NCBI GenBank assembly: GCA_031835245.2
Contig: JAVKOQ020000004.1
Location: 62,001-126,000 of the forward strand
DNA length: 64,000 nucleotides
Direction of reading: 5' to 3'
From: Balamuthia mandrillaris
Lineage: Eukaryota
A program made the translations under genes and the position numbers. Shown here one piece after another: positions 12,478 to 30,646 of the stretch. The notes under the pieces are model-generated. The model saw only the letters and a list, made by a program, of their open reading frames with translations. It was not told the origin of the DNA and did not search any database. Numbering within the stretch: the first letter of the stretch is position 1; each line of letters opens with the position of its first letter.

Positions 12478-15400
12478 CACTCTTGCCTTATTGTGTTTTC
12501 TTACTCTCTTCTGTTTATCTCACCCTTCTGTTCTGTTTTTGCTTTTTTACTTTCCATCTCCGCCGCCTCACAGGTATTCCTGTGGAGATGCACAAAAAAG
12601 AGGACATGTATGTTCCAGAGCTTATTTTCGGTCACCTCTTGACCTCTTCGAACTACGACGACGAAAAAGAAAAGGTAACTGGTGGAAGAAACGGTTATGG
12701 CGCGAAGCTGGCCAACATCTTCTCCACCAAGTTTTCCATCGAGACGGTGGACTCAAAGCGAAAGAAAAAGTTCTACATGGAATGGACTGATAACATGAGG
12801 ACGAAAGGAAAGCAGAAAATCACTACCATTTCCGCCTCCAAAGACTACACCAAGGTACGCCTTTTACTGCTGGGGTTCGTTCTATTTTTCCATAACGTCC
12901 TCCTTCAATAGGTCACTTTCACGCCCGATCTTGAGAAGTTTGGGATGACCGAGTTTGATGAAGATACGGTTAGTCTCCTTACCAAGCGTGTGTACGATGT
13001 TGCTGGCTGCAACTCCAAGCTCAAAGTCAAGCTCAATGGAAAGCTTTTGAAGATCAGTTCATTTGAGAAATATGTAGATTTGTACTTTCAAGGTGAGGTT
13101 TTGCTTTTACCTTATTTTGATTGCATGTGTTCTTCGCTTACTTATCCTTTCTTATATTTGAAGGAGAGAAGCTCCCTCATATCTTTGAGAAAAACGATCG
13201 ATGGGAGGTCTGCGTGAGCGTGAGCAAAGACTCCGAGTTTCGTCAAGTTAGCTTTGTCAACAGCATTTGCACCACTCAAGGAGGCAGCCACGTGAAATAC
13301 ATTGTGGACAAGTTGGTAAAGCAACTCATTCCGGCCATCAAGAAGAAAGCCAAGGTCTCTACCATTAAGCCCGCTCAGGTTAAGGCGCACTTGTGGGTGT
13401 TTATCAATTGCCTCATTGTCAATCCTGCGTTCAACTCCCAAACGAAGGACACGTTGACCTCGCAACCAAAGAGCTTTGGGTCAACCTGTGACCTCTCTGA
13501 GAACTTTATCAAGCAAGGTAATCCCATCTTTCTTGTGGTTTCTTATCGTTTCTTTCATTCATTCATTCTTTCTGAACGCGTCAATTCTCAAATAGTGGTA
13601 AACAAGACTGCAATTGCGACATACACGGGAGAGTTTGCGAAGATGAAGGAAAACCAAGAACTGCAAAAGAAAGGCGGTAGCAAGAAAACCAGAATCGCTG
13701 GTATCACCAAGCTAGACGATGCCAACGAGGCCGGTGGCCGAAACGCCGACAAGTGCACTTTGATTCTTACTGAGGGAGACTCTGCCAAGACTCTTGCTGT
13801 AGCTGGTCTTTCCGTTGTTGGTCGCAATAGATACGGAGTGTTTCCTTTGAAAGGAAAGCCTCTCAACGTTCGTGATGCGACGCACAAGCAGGTTGTAAGC
13901 AACGTCGAATTTACCAACATCAAACAAATTCTTGGTTTGAAGCATGGCGCTGACTACAGCAGCGGAACGAAGGGCCTGCGTTATGGCAAGCTGATGATAA
14001 TGGCTGACCAGGTCTGTTACTTTCTCTCTCTCCCTCCCTCCCAGCCTCCCCCCTCTCTCATATTCAGTCATATAGGATCACGACGGATCGCATATCAAAG
14101 GGTTAGTCATCAACTTTCTTCACTATTACTGGCCATCACTGTTGAAGATTCCCGGCTTTGTGACCGAGTTCATCACCCCCATCGTGAAAGCGACCAACGG
14201 CAAACAAGTCATTTCCTTCTTCACCCAGACTGAATACGAGAGCTGGAAGCAAGCCAACAACAACGCTAAGAATTGGAAAATCAAGTACTACAAGGGTCTA
14301 GGAACGAGCACGCCGGTGGAGGGAAAACAATACTTCAAGGCCATTAACCGCCACAAGATTGACTTTAAATGGGTGAATGAGGAGGATGGAGACATGATTG
14401 AGCTGGCCTTTAGCAAGAGCCGCGTCAATGATCGTAAGACATGGTTGTCCAACTTTAAGGTTTGTTACATGTCCTTTTTATGCTTTTCTTTTTTGAAAAA
14501 AGTTTGTTTGGCCTTTTCTTACTTGCTGTTGTTTGTTTTTTCTATTACAGTTAGGAACCTGTTTGGATTCAAATGTGTCTCAGATTCGTTATGCCGATTT
14601 CATCAACAAAGAGCTGATCCACTTTTCCATCGCGGATTGCGCTCGTTCCATCCCCTGCTTTGTGGATGGACTTAAGCCCGGCCAAAGGAAAATTCTCTTT
14701 GCCTGCTTCCTTAGAAACCTAAGAAAGGAGATGAAGGTGGCCCAACTGACGGGTTACGTTGGCTCTGTGTCGGCCTACCATCATGGAGAGGAGAGCTTGG
14801 CCAAGACAATCGTGGGTATGGCCCAAAACTTTTGTGGCTCTAACAACATCAACCTTCTCGTACCTGCGGGCAGCTTTGGCAGTCGCTTGCAGGGCGGTAA
14901 AGATGCGGCCAGTCCTAGGTTCGTTTTTTCTTCTCAATTTTTCGAACAGGCTTAACTAAGCAAGTTACAAAATAGGTACATTCACACCCTTCTCTGTGAC
15001 ATAACCCGCAAGATCTTTCATCCGGACGACGACAACCTCCTCGAGTACCTCGACGATGACGGCTTCTCCATAGAGCCCCGCTTCTACGTGCCTATCATCC
15101 CCATGGTCCTCATCAACGGCGCTGACGGCATCGGTACCGGCTGGAGCTCCTTTGTGCCCAACTATAACCCGCGCGACGTCATCACCAACATCCAGAGACT
15201 CATCCGTGGCCAGGAGATGCAGACCATGCACCCTTGGTACAGAGGCTTTGAGGGCATCATTACCGAAGACATCGCCAACAAAACGCCGAGATACAAGAAC
15301 ACGGGCATCTTTAGAAGGCCGGATCCGGAGACGTTGGAGATTGTAGAGCTGCCGATCGGCATGTGGACTCAAAAGTACAAGAAGTTTTTGGAGGAGTTGC

Positions 15401-17627
15401 GCTCTGGCACGAAGAAACACCCTGATCCTGTTATTAAGGTTTGCTCTAGTGTCTCATTTTCTTATTTTGGTTTGGTTTAGTGTAGTGTTTTGCTATTGCT
15501 GTTAACTCACTTTTACTTATGTTGATTTGTTTCAGGACTTCGACGAGCATCACACCCACAAAAAGGTCCACTTTGTAATCTACCTCCTGCCAGAAACCGC
15601 AAAGAAGCTGACGACCAACGATGACATTGAAAAGTTCTTCAAACTCAGCGACTATCTCAGCATAAATAACATGCACCTCTTTGACGAGCAGCTCAAGATT
15701 CGCCGATGGGACACCGCAGCGGAGCTCATGCAAGACTTTTACGAGATTCGTTTGGACTATTACGAGCGCCGCAAAAAGTTTATGGAAAACCTTCTCGAAA
15801 GAAAGCTCAGCAAATTGGACAATCAGGTACGCTTCATTCTGGCTGTGGTAGAGGAGCGCCTCGTCGTTAACAAGAGGAAGAAAGCGGAGCTGCTGGCGCA
15901 GTTGGAGAAGGAAGGCTACGATAAGTTCTCCAATGATGATGAATTGGGGACTAATGCCTGGAAGAGACGGAAGAAACAAGCCAAGAAGAAGGAGCGTTCC
16001 GAGGATGATGAAGAGGATGAGGAAGAAGAAAAGAAGAATAAAAAGAAAGATAAGAAGAAGACAGAGAATGGGTATGATTACCTGCTTTCGATGAAGTTAT
16101 GGAACTTGACAATGGAGAAGGTGGAGGAGTTAATTGCTCAGCGAGACAAAAAGAAAGAGGAACTGGAAGAGCTGAAACGAACGGGCGTCACAACTCTTTG
16201 GGAGCGTGACCTTCAAGCCCTCATGGAAAGCTACGAGGTAAAACCTTTCCTTTTTGCCCTTTTTCGATGTTGTTTTCGTCTTGCTTTTTTTTAAATTGTG
16301 TTTTATTTTTTTTTCGCAGGCATTTGAGCAAGCTTGGGAAGAGGAAGAAGAGGAAGAGCTGGGTGATGGCTCAAAGAATAATCGCAGAAGGCGAAAACCA
16401 GCCGCTGCTCCTCGCAAACGCGCCGTCAGTGCCACAAAGAAAGCGAAAGGCAAAGACTTGATGGATGACGAGGAAGACGATGATGACTTTACCGATGATT
16501 CATGGAAGTACAATGAAAACGTCGCACCAAACAAAAAGACAACAACAACTGCAGCAGCGAAAGCGACCACAACCACAACAAGAAAGAAACAAGGTACACT
16601 GGATGGAGTGCTACAGAAAAAGACAACAGCAACGACGACAACAGCTACAAAGAAGGCAACGATAGGACGTGCCGCCGCTGCTGCAAAGAAGACCATCTCG
16701 TTGGTTGATGAGAAAGATGAAGATGAAGATGATGATGATATGGAGGAAGAGAAGAAAGTAACAGGGATGACATCGAAGAAACGACAATTAGCTCCAAAGC
16801 AAGCTGCATCATCTACAGTGAAGATGGAAATAGCAGATGAGGAAGAAGAAGAAGCGGAAGACAAAGATGAAGATGAAGAGTTTCTTTCTTTGGCGGATCG
16901 TATTCTGAAGAAGAAGTCCGGTGGGGCAGCATCAACAAAGACAACAACAACCAAGAAAAAGGCTTCTGTGTTTGATAGTCTGAGCGATTTGGATTCTAGC
17001 GATGACGAAGACAGCAAACCCGTTGTCGTTGCTCCCAAACGTGGCGCTGCTGCTGCAAAGAAACAAGCCACGACATCCAAGACAACCGCAAAGACCACAG
17101 TAGCAAGACCTGCGAAACGAAAGGCCGCTGCAACCAACGATGCTGATGATGGCGAGTCTTCTTCATCAACATCAACAACTGCGGGAAGAGGTGCAAAGAA
17201 GGCAAAGATTACTGATTTTATGCAATCCGCTGCAAGCAAGAGGAAAGCTGCTCCGCCTAAGAAAGAAGAAATTGAGGAAGAGGAAGAAGAAGATGATGAA
17301 GAGGAAGAAGAAGAAGAAGAAGAGGAAGAGGTAAAGATTACCAAACGCAAACCTGCTGCTGGAAGAGCAAGAGGTGGTGGAGCTGCGAAAGCAACAACAA
17401 CAACAACGGCGAAAACAACGGCGAAAACAACGGGCAGACCAGCACGAAGAGCCGCTGCCGCTGCTTCCACGAAGAAAACGTATGTACCTTCGGATAGCGA
17501 AGAGGAGGAAGAGGAGAAGGAGGAGGAAGCAGAGGAGGGAAATGCCACCGAGACGGATGGCTCTTTCACGTTCGGGTCCGATGGGGAGGAGGAAGAGGAG
17601 GACGATGGCTCTGACTGGGAGGAGTAA
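11610..17627 (+). CDS. TOP2: DNA topoisomerase II (type IIA, multi-exon)
   Basis: HILIRPDTYVGS, EILVNAADN, GGRNGYGAKL, LTEGDSAK, PLKGK, MADQ/DHDG, YYKGLGTS, DGLKPGQRK, YHHGE, AASPR/YI (catalytic Tyr, intron in the R codon), GIGTGWS. Long K/A/T/E-rich C-terminal domain. Confidence 0.98.
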
Positions 17628-17952
17628 AAAAAAACAGGCAAGAGAACTATCCCCTGTTCTGATGATTGGGGATGAGGAGAGGTTCTTCTCTCTTTCGCTT
17701 TCTTCTTTTTCTTTGTTAAAAACGATTTTTTTTTTTCAAGTAAGAAAGAACTACTACTACTTTGTTTGACAAGGCAACCTCATCAGGTCTTTCCTGGCTT
17801 CTCTGCAAACCTTTCCCCGCATGCACATCCTTCACTTCTTCCGGCAGCCCCCTTTGCCAGCTCTGTTTGTTTGTTTGCTTTCTTCTCTGGGAGGAAGCGC
17901 CCCCCCCTTATCGTCGTCACGATAACAAGTCGACGGCAAATACAGCAGCCAA

Positions 17953-19461
17953 ATGGAGAAGAAAGAAGAGGCCAGCAGGATAGGGATAGTAGGGGGAGGT
18001 ATAGGCGGGTTCGCTCTGGCTCTGGGCCTACGCAGACAAGGCATTCCGTGCAAGGTCTTTGAGCGTGACGAAAGCATCGCGGCCCGCCCCCAAGGCTACA
18101 GCCTTACCCTCCAGCAAGGCCTGCAGGTGCTGGAGAGCCTCGGCGTGGGCGACCTCGTCCGGGACAGGCCTTCCGTCTCCGCCGCCTACGAGACGCTCGA
18201 CAGCCACGGCAACACCCTTCTGTGCTTCGGCTCGGGCAGACCACGTCGACAGAACAAGTCCTCCCAGCATCACAGACACAACATTCCAATCCCCCGACAG
18301 GAGCTGAGGCAGATCCTTCTCGATGCATGTCTGCTGCCAACGGATGATGGCTCCTCTTCTTCTTCTTCTTCGGTGGAAGTGTGTTGGGGTTATTCAGTGG
18401 AACGGGTGACGGCCGAAGGGACGGGAGAAGTGATGCTCCACTTTGGAACGCCCAGCGGTGCCCCGCCAGAGTCGTTTTGGATGGTGGTGGCATGCGATGG
18501 TGTGCGCTCCACCCTTCGGCAACAGCTGCTCAGAGATGAGCTTTGTTATCTGGGTGTTATGGCTATCATGGGCATTGCTTCTGTTGTGGGAGGAGAGACG
18601 AAAACAGACTCAGAGAAAGAGAAACTAAAGGAGGAGGAGGAGGAAGCGGATACGGAACAGGAAAAGAGAGAACAGGCAAAGGTGCTGAAAGATAAAAGAG
18701 GCTTTCAAGTGGTGCGGAATAGGGTGTTTCAAACCATTGATGGAGAGGGGCAACGCTTCTTCGGCAAGCCCTTTGATGACCGGCATGCCATGTGGCAACT
18801 CACCTTTCGGTTGCCTGAGCCAGAAGCCGCTGCCCAAGTTGCTGAATGGCGAAACTCTCTTCTTTCTTCTTCTTCTTCTTCTTCTTCTTCTTCTTCTTCT
18901 TCTTCATCTTCTTCTTCTTCTTGGGATGGAAGTCTACGTTTACGCAAAGAAGCTTACAGGAGAGTTCGTAGTTTCCATCCTCCCATTCCCCGAATGGTGC
19001 TCTCCACTCCTCTCGACAAGATGAGAGCCTCTCTTATCTACGACCGCGAGCCTTTGCACCCCTCTCAGTATCGCCAACGTCTCAGAGAGGCTGGAGTGGA
19101 GAGGGTGACCTTTCTTGGCGACTCTGCTCACCCAATGAGCCCTTTCAAAGGACAAGGCGCCAACCAAGCGTTGGAAGACGCGTTAGACTTGGTACGAAGC
19201 ATTGCTTCATTGTTGAACGAGAAAAAAGAGCACGAAAGGATAGTGGACATGTTGAGCGGGTATGAGACGAGGATGATGAAGAGAGCAAGAGGAAAGGTGC
19301 TTGGCTCAAGGGCCAACGTGCAGTTCTTTCACAGCGAGGAGGCCGTGGACTTGGATGAGCTCTACCTGCATTGCAAGGTTCCAGCGGAGCAGTGGAGGAG
19401 CATGCGCCAGAAAGCCAACGACATCACCGCAGGAAGACAACGACAAAAGTGGATGGGTTGA
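17953..19461 (+). CDS. FAD-dependent monooxygenase (class A flavoprotein), intronless
   Basis: IVGGGIGG Rossmann motif, QGYSLTLQQ, ACDGVRS (DG motif), LGDSAHPMSPFKGQGANQALEDA (GD motif). Internal poly-Ser tract. Confidence 0.92.
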   Translation: MEKKEEASRIGIVGGGIGGFALALGLRRQGIPCKVFERDESIAARPQGYSLTLQQGLQVLESLGVGDLVRDRPSVSAAYETLDSHGNTLLCFGSGRPRRQNKSSQHHRHNIPIPRQELRQILLDACLLPTDDGSSSSSSSVEVCWGYSVERVTAEGTGEVMLHFGTPSGAPPESFWMVVACDGVRSTLRQQLLRDELCYLGVMAIMGIASVVGGETKTDSEKEKLKEEEEEADTEQEKREQAKVLKDKRGFQVVRNRVFQTIDGEGQRFFGKPFDDRHAMWQLTFRLPEPEAAAQVAEWRNSLLSSSSSSSSSSSSSSSSSSSWDGSLRLRKEAYRRVRSFHPPIPRMVLSTPLDKMRASLIYDREPLHPSQYRQRLREAGVERVTFLGDSAHPMSPFKGQGANQALEDALDLVRSIASLLNEKKEHERIVDMLSGYETRMMKRARGKVLGSRANVQFFHSEEAVDLDELYLHCKVPAEQWRSMRQKANDITAGRQRQKWMG

Positions 19462-19556
19462 AGGGAGAGCAATGGTAATGGTGCACCTGTAACGCCAAGT
19501 TAAAGTGGTGCACGTCATCTTTAATATAATGCATAAAACAAAAAAAGAAAGGTTAC

Positions 19557-20741
19557 ATGGAAGGCTTGCCAGAAGAACTGCTGTGTCTCGTGTTGGAGAG
19601 CTTGCCGAAGGAAGCGGTGGGGGTGGCGGCCAGGACTTGCAAGCGGTGGTTTGCCTGTGCTCACCCCAAGCTTCGCCAACGGCTGAGCATCAAGACAGCG
19701 TGCAGCTCCGTGGAGTTGTTGCGCTGGTCCCTTCTCAACGGCTACTCCCTGAACAAAAGGACTTGCGCCGTGGCTGCTGGAGAGGGCAAGCTGCACGTGT
19801 TGAAGTGGGCTCGAGAGCAAGGATGTCCATGGAGCAAGAAGACATGCAACGCAGCGGCCCATAGAGGTCAATTGGAAGTGTTAAAGTGGGCTCACGAGCA
19901 AGGCTGCGCTTGGAGCAAACAAACGTGCTACTTTGCAGCAATAGGAGGCCGCCTGGAGGTTCTTCAGTGGCTTCGTGCTGAGGGCTGTCCTTGGGACGGT
20001 GACAGTATTTTCTCCGGTGCAGCCTTTGGAGGAAACCTGGAGATGATGAAATGGCTGAGGTTTAATCAGGGATGTGCTTGGGGCACATGGGCTTATTCTC
20101 AGGCCGCCATCAGAGGGCATTTGGAAGTTATCCGATGGCTCCACGAGCAAGGTTGCCCTTGGGAGGAATGGGTGTTCAACATCGCGGTAGGGGGTGGACA
20201 TCTGGAGGTGCTCAAGTGGGCAAGAGCTCACGGTCATAATCCCGTGAGCGCCTTGGCCTGCAGAATTGCAGCCGAGGCAGGTCATTTGCACGTTCTTCAA
20301 TGGCTTCGCGAGCAAGGTTACCCCTGGGACCAAGAAACCTGTGCCAGTGCAGCCAAAGGAGGACATCTAGACGTGCTCAAGTGGGCTCATGAACAGGGTT
20401 GCCCTTGGGCCGAGAGTGCTTGCGGCCAGGCAGCAGCAGAAGGACGTTTGGGTATTTTGCAGTGGCTTCACAACCAAGGCTGTCCTTGGGATGAAGACAC
20501 CTGCGCTGAAGCTGCTGGTGGAGGACACATGGAGGTTCTCCAGTGGTTGCGTGCCAACGGATGCCCTTGGGATGAGAGTACCTGCGCTTCGGCTTTTGGC
20601 AATGAGCACATGGAAGTCTTCAATTGGGCTGTTTCGCAGGGGTGTCCTTGCCCTTTAGCGCTAAGTGAAAGGAGCCATAACAAGAAAGATGGAGGAAGCA
20701 GGCAGAGAGATGAAAAAGAGCAAGAAGAACAAGAAGATTAA
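19557..20741 (+). CDS. F-box plus ankyrin-like (GCPW-repeat) protein, intronless
   Basis: N-terminal LPEELLCLVLESL...AARTCKRW F-box, then about 12 repeats of about 24 aa: C..AA.GG.L.VL.W..E.GCPW. Confidence 0.9.
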   Translation: MEGLPEELLCLVLESLPKEAVGVAARTCKRWFACAHPKLRQRLSIKTACSSVELLRWSLLNGYSLNKRTCAVAAGEGKLHVLKWAREQGCPWSKKTCNAAAHRGQLEVLKWAHEQGCAWSKQTCYFAAIGGRLEVLQWLRAEGCPWDGDSIFSGAAFGGNLEMMKWLRFNQGCAWGTWAYSQAAIRGHLEVIRWLHEQGCPWEEWVFNIAVGGGHLEVLKWARAHGHNPVSALACRIAAEAGHLHVLQWLREQGYPWDQETCASAAKGGHLDVLKWAHEQGCPWAESACGQAAAEGRLGILQWLHNQGCPWDEDTCAEAAGGGHMEVLQWLRANGCPWDESTCASAFGNEHMEVFNWAVSQGCPCPLALSERSHNKKDGGSRQRDEKEQEEQED

Positions 20742-20776
20742 TAACATTGCTCATTTACTATCCCTCTCAACCTAAA

Positions 20777-27118
<6,342 letters not shown>

Positions 27119-27855
27119 TCCCTGACCCGTTCGCTCTTTCCAATGAATCTACGCCTAAGGCCGGTTGAAACAACCTCACCCAAAACCAAAAAGCTCTTCC
27201 TCTTTACGTATTCTCGGTTTTATTGACACAAAAGTTTTCTTTGTTTTTCTTTCCTGGTCGAAGAGACACGCATGCGGCCTTTCCTTAAAAGATTAATTTC
27301 CAGTTCACCCCGTTGCCTAGTAGAATTTCCTTAAATAGTTTGACTTTAATTATGCGGCGGTTTACAACCAATTATGATAATACAACCAATCTCATCGGGG
27401 AGATCAAAAAGGTCGTTGTCGTTCAACGGGATTTGTTTCCTGGGCGAACCGGCCTGCTCCTATCGTGCTCCTTTTGTGCACCGTTTGGTAATGTGAAAAA
27501 AAAAAGGGGGTTGTCATGGAAATCACTTTGGCAATTGTTTAATTTGAGCGAACAAATCAGAGAAATAACGATACGCGCAGCACAAACAAACTCTCCCGCT
27601 CTGTTTCGCAAGAAGAAGAGAGAAAACGCGCATTTCCGACGTGCCCCCCCTCCTTTTCATAGAGAGCCTCTCTCTCTCTCTCTCTCTCTCTCAAGGTAAC
27701 GTTCTTTCTTCTCCTTCTTTTTTGAAATTTGTTCTCTCTTTCTCTATATGTCAGTATAGCGTTCGAAAATATCTTTTTCTGCTTGCTCTAACAATTGTTC
27801 ATTTATTTTGTTTTTTGTTTTGCCACACACAAGAACACGAAGTTGACCGCCGGTC

Positions 27856-30602
27856 ATGTACGCCTTCCAAAGCAGCATAAAAAGCAAAAAGAAGGGCGAG
27901 AAAAAACGTTCGGCGGGAGGCTCCAAAAGCAAAGAGAAAAATGTGACAGCGTCTTCTTCTTCTTCTGATTCTTCTTCTTCTTCTTCTCATCCGATCGTTC
28001 AGCCTATTGTCGGTTTGCACACGCTTCCTCCGTTTGACAACAGCGCTCCCATTCGTTCCCCTTCCTCTGCTTCTTCTCGCTCTCCTTGCTCCTCTCCCGG
28101 TTCCCGCTCCCCTTCATTTTCTTCCTCCTCTCCACGCTTGCCTCTGTCTGCTTTTGCTCTTTCTGCAGCTGCGACCACCTCCACTGGTGAACTCGCTCAC
28201 CATGCCGAAGAAGGAGACTCTGTCAACAACACAAGTTCTCAACTGCTCTCCTTGTCCTCTTACTCCTCCACCTCCGCCAGCCCTTACTCCTCCGGCCCAC
28301 CTTCTCCCCTTTCCTCCTCCTCTCGCTCTTCCTCTTGCTCCTCCCTCTCCACCGAGGAGGTCTTTATCACTTCTCCCAACGAGCACTCAACCTCAGGGGC
28401 AACGGCGCTAACAGCCAAACAAGCGGCCAAAGAGGAGAAGAAAAGGTTGAAGGAGGAGAACACCAAACAAGCCGCCAAAGAGGAGAGGCGAAGGCTCAAG
28501 CAAGAAACACTACAGAGGCAAAAGGAGGAGAAGAGGCAGCACAGGTTGGAGGCAGACAAGCAGAAGGAGCTTCGCCGGGAGGAGAAGCGGATCCTGCAGA
28601 TGCAGAAGGAACAAGCGCTGGAGTACCGCAAAGAGGAGAAGAAGCACCAAAAGGCAGAGAGGGAGCTGCTTCGACAACAACTCAAAGAGCATAAGAAAGA
28701 GAGCGGCAGCCATCACAAGACTTCATCTATGGAAAACATTCTCGCTTCTTCTTATCCCGAAGGAACCCAAATGGAGCACATGAGCAATAAATGGAAGAAA
28801 GACCAGAAGAAAGAGCTTGCTTTGCTGAAGAGCCTACAAAAGAAGGAGAAGAAAGAGGGGCGTTGGCAGAATTCTTTGGACTCAGGCTCTGGCTCACCAT
28901 CATCAGAGCGGAGCGGAGAAGGCGGTGGAAGCGGACGGCCTTCCATCAGCGCAATGCCCAAGGAAGACCCCTCCAAGTCTGCTGCCACTGGATCCAACAA
29001 AGACCTCGTCACCATGCTGGCTACCTTTCTTTGCAGAGCCATCATCAATCGGTTCTTGAGGGATCCTACTCCGCTGACCAACTTTGAGACTTCGCAATTC
29101 TCTTCAACCATTTTGTTTATAGATATTTCTGGTATCTTCTTTTTCTCTTGTTTGTCTGTTATTTCTTGTTCTTGTTCTTCTTGTTCTTCTACTTCTCCTC
29201 CTCCTCCTCCTTCTTCTTCTTCTCCCTTTTCTTCTGCAATAGTTACTCATGCTGTCATTCTTTTCTGTACTCAATGAACAGGATTCACTGCAATGACAGA
29301 GAAGCTTACGGCCTATGGACAGGACAAAGGCTCAGAACAAGTGGTAAGACACCTAAACTCGTACTTTTCATCCTTGGTTCAGATGGTGCATCTATACGGT
29401 GGCGATGTTATTACCTTTGCTGGGTACTTTTCTCTTCTCTCTTCTCTGTTCTCTCTTCGCTCTTCTCTGTTCTCACTTCTCTTCTTACTTATCCTCGGTA
29501 TTCTCTCTTGCTTATCTCTTATCGGTTAAAACCAAACAACAACACAAAGTGATGCTGTCATATGTATGTTTGGAGATGCCAAAGAAGAAAACAACGACTA
29601 TCAACATCGCCTTCGGAGCAGCTGCCTGCACGCCACCGCCTGTGCTCTCCGCATCCAACAGGACCTACCCAACCACACCATGGGCGATGTCTGCCTTACC
29701 CTGCACATCGGATTGGCCACAGGGCACGTGCACTCCATGCATGTGGGCGGAGTGAAGGGCAGCTGGAAGTACTTGGTGGCCGGAGAGCCTTTTGTGCATC
29801 TGGGCTCTGTGGTGGAGGACAGCAAGACCGGGGAGGTCGTCATGTGCAAGCGGAGCAGACAGTTGGTCTCGGAGCTGGTGGTTGGGGAGGTGAGAGGAGA
29901 GCTGGGCAACTTTTTGGTGAAGGACTTGGTGGTTCCCGATCTTCTTCGTTTGGTAGATGAAGCGAACAAGCCGGTTTCTTCTGCATCGACTTCTGTTTCT
30001 ACCTCTTCTTTCTCATCTCTTGTTGTGGGCGATCAAAAGAACGAGAACGCGCACGAGGAAAAGAAAGAAGAGACGGCGGATCATAAAAGCACAGCAGAAG
30101 TCCAAGATACAGAGCAAACGAAGGCAGAGCCAGAAGGTGGCGGAGCAGGAGAACAAGGGCAAAACAACCATCAAGCACTCAGGCGCATCATGCAAGAGAT
30201 ACACCCCATCGAACCTTTCACCAACATTCCTGAATCCATGGAACAGAATATATGGCGGTACATCAACGACGCTGTCAAGACCAAAGTGAAAGGTTGGCCT
30301 TTTAAAACCTCTTTATCTTCTCGTTTACTTCATTTTGTTATTGTGGTGGTATGTTCATTTATAACATTTTTTGAAAAACAAACAGCACATGGAGTGGAGG
30401 GTTTCGTTTGGCTGAACGAGCTGCGAACAGTGACGATACTGTTCATGAAGTTCAGTAGTTTGATGTACGACGTGAAGACCAACAGCATCAACACCGAAAT
30501 GGTGCAGAACGTGCTGTGCATCATTCAGGACATTGTCTACAAGTTTGAAGGCATCTTGTGTCAAATGTTGACTGATGACAAAGGAACCATTTTGGTTAGT
30601 TT

Positions 30603-30646
<44 letters not shown>

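Noticed and set aside
16130..17641. 503-aa antisense ORF over the TOP2 C-terminal exon
   Set aside because: Mirror of low-complexity K/E/A/T codons that lack antisense stops; no domain.
17953..20741. Bacterial contamination or a provirus, given two intronless genes
   Set aside because: Contiguous with intron-rich host genes, contains host-type (TCT)n repeats, and has no integrase or viral core genes.
19521..20744. TTAATA on both sides of the F-box gene as a target-site duplication
   Set aside because: A 6 bp AT-rich match in AT-rich flanks is expected by chance; no poly-A tail or terminal repeats.
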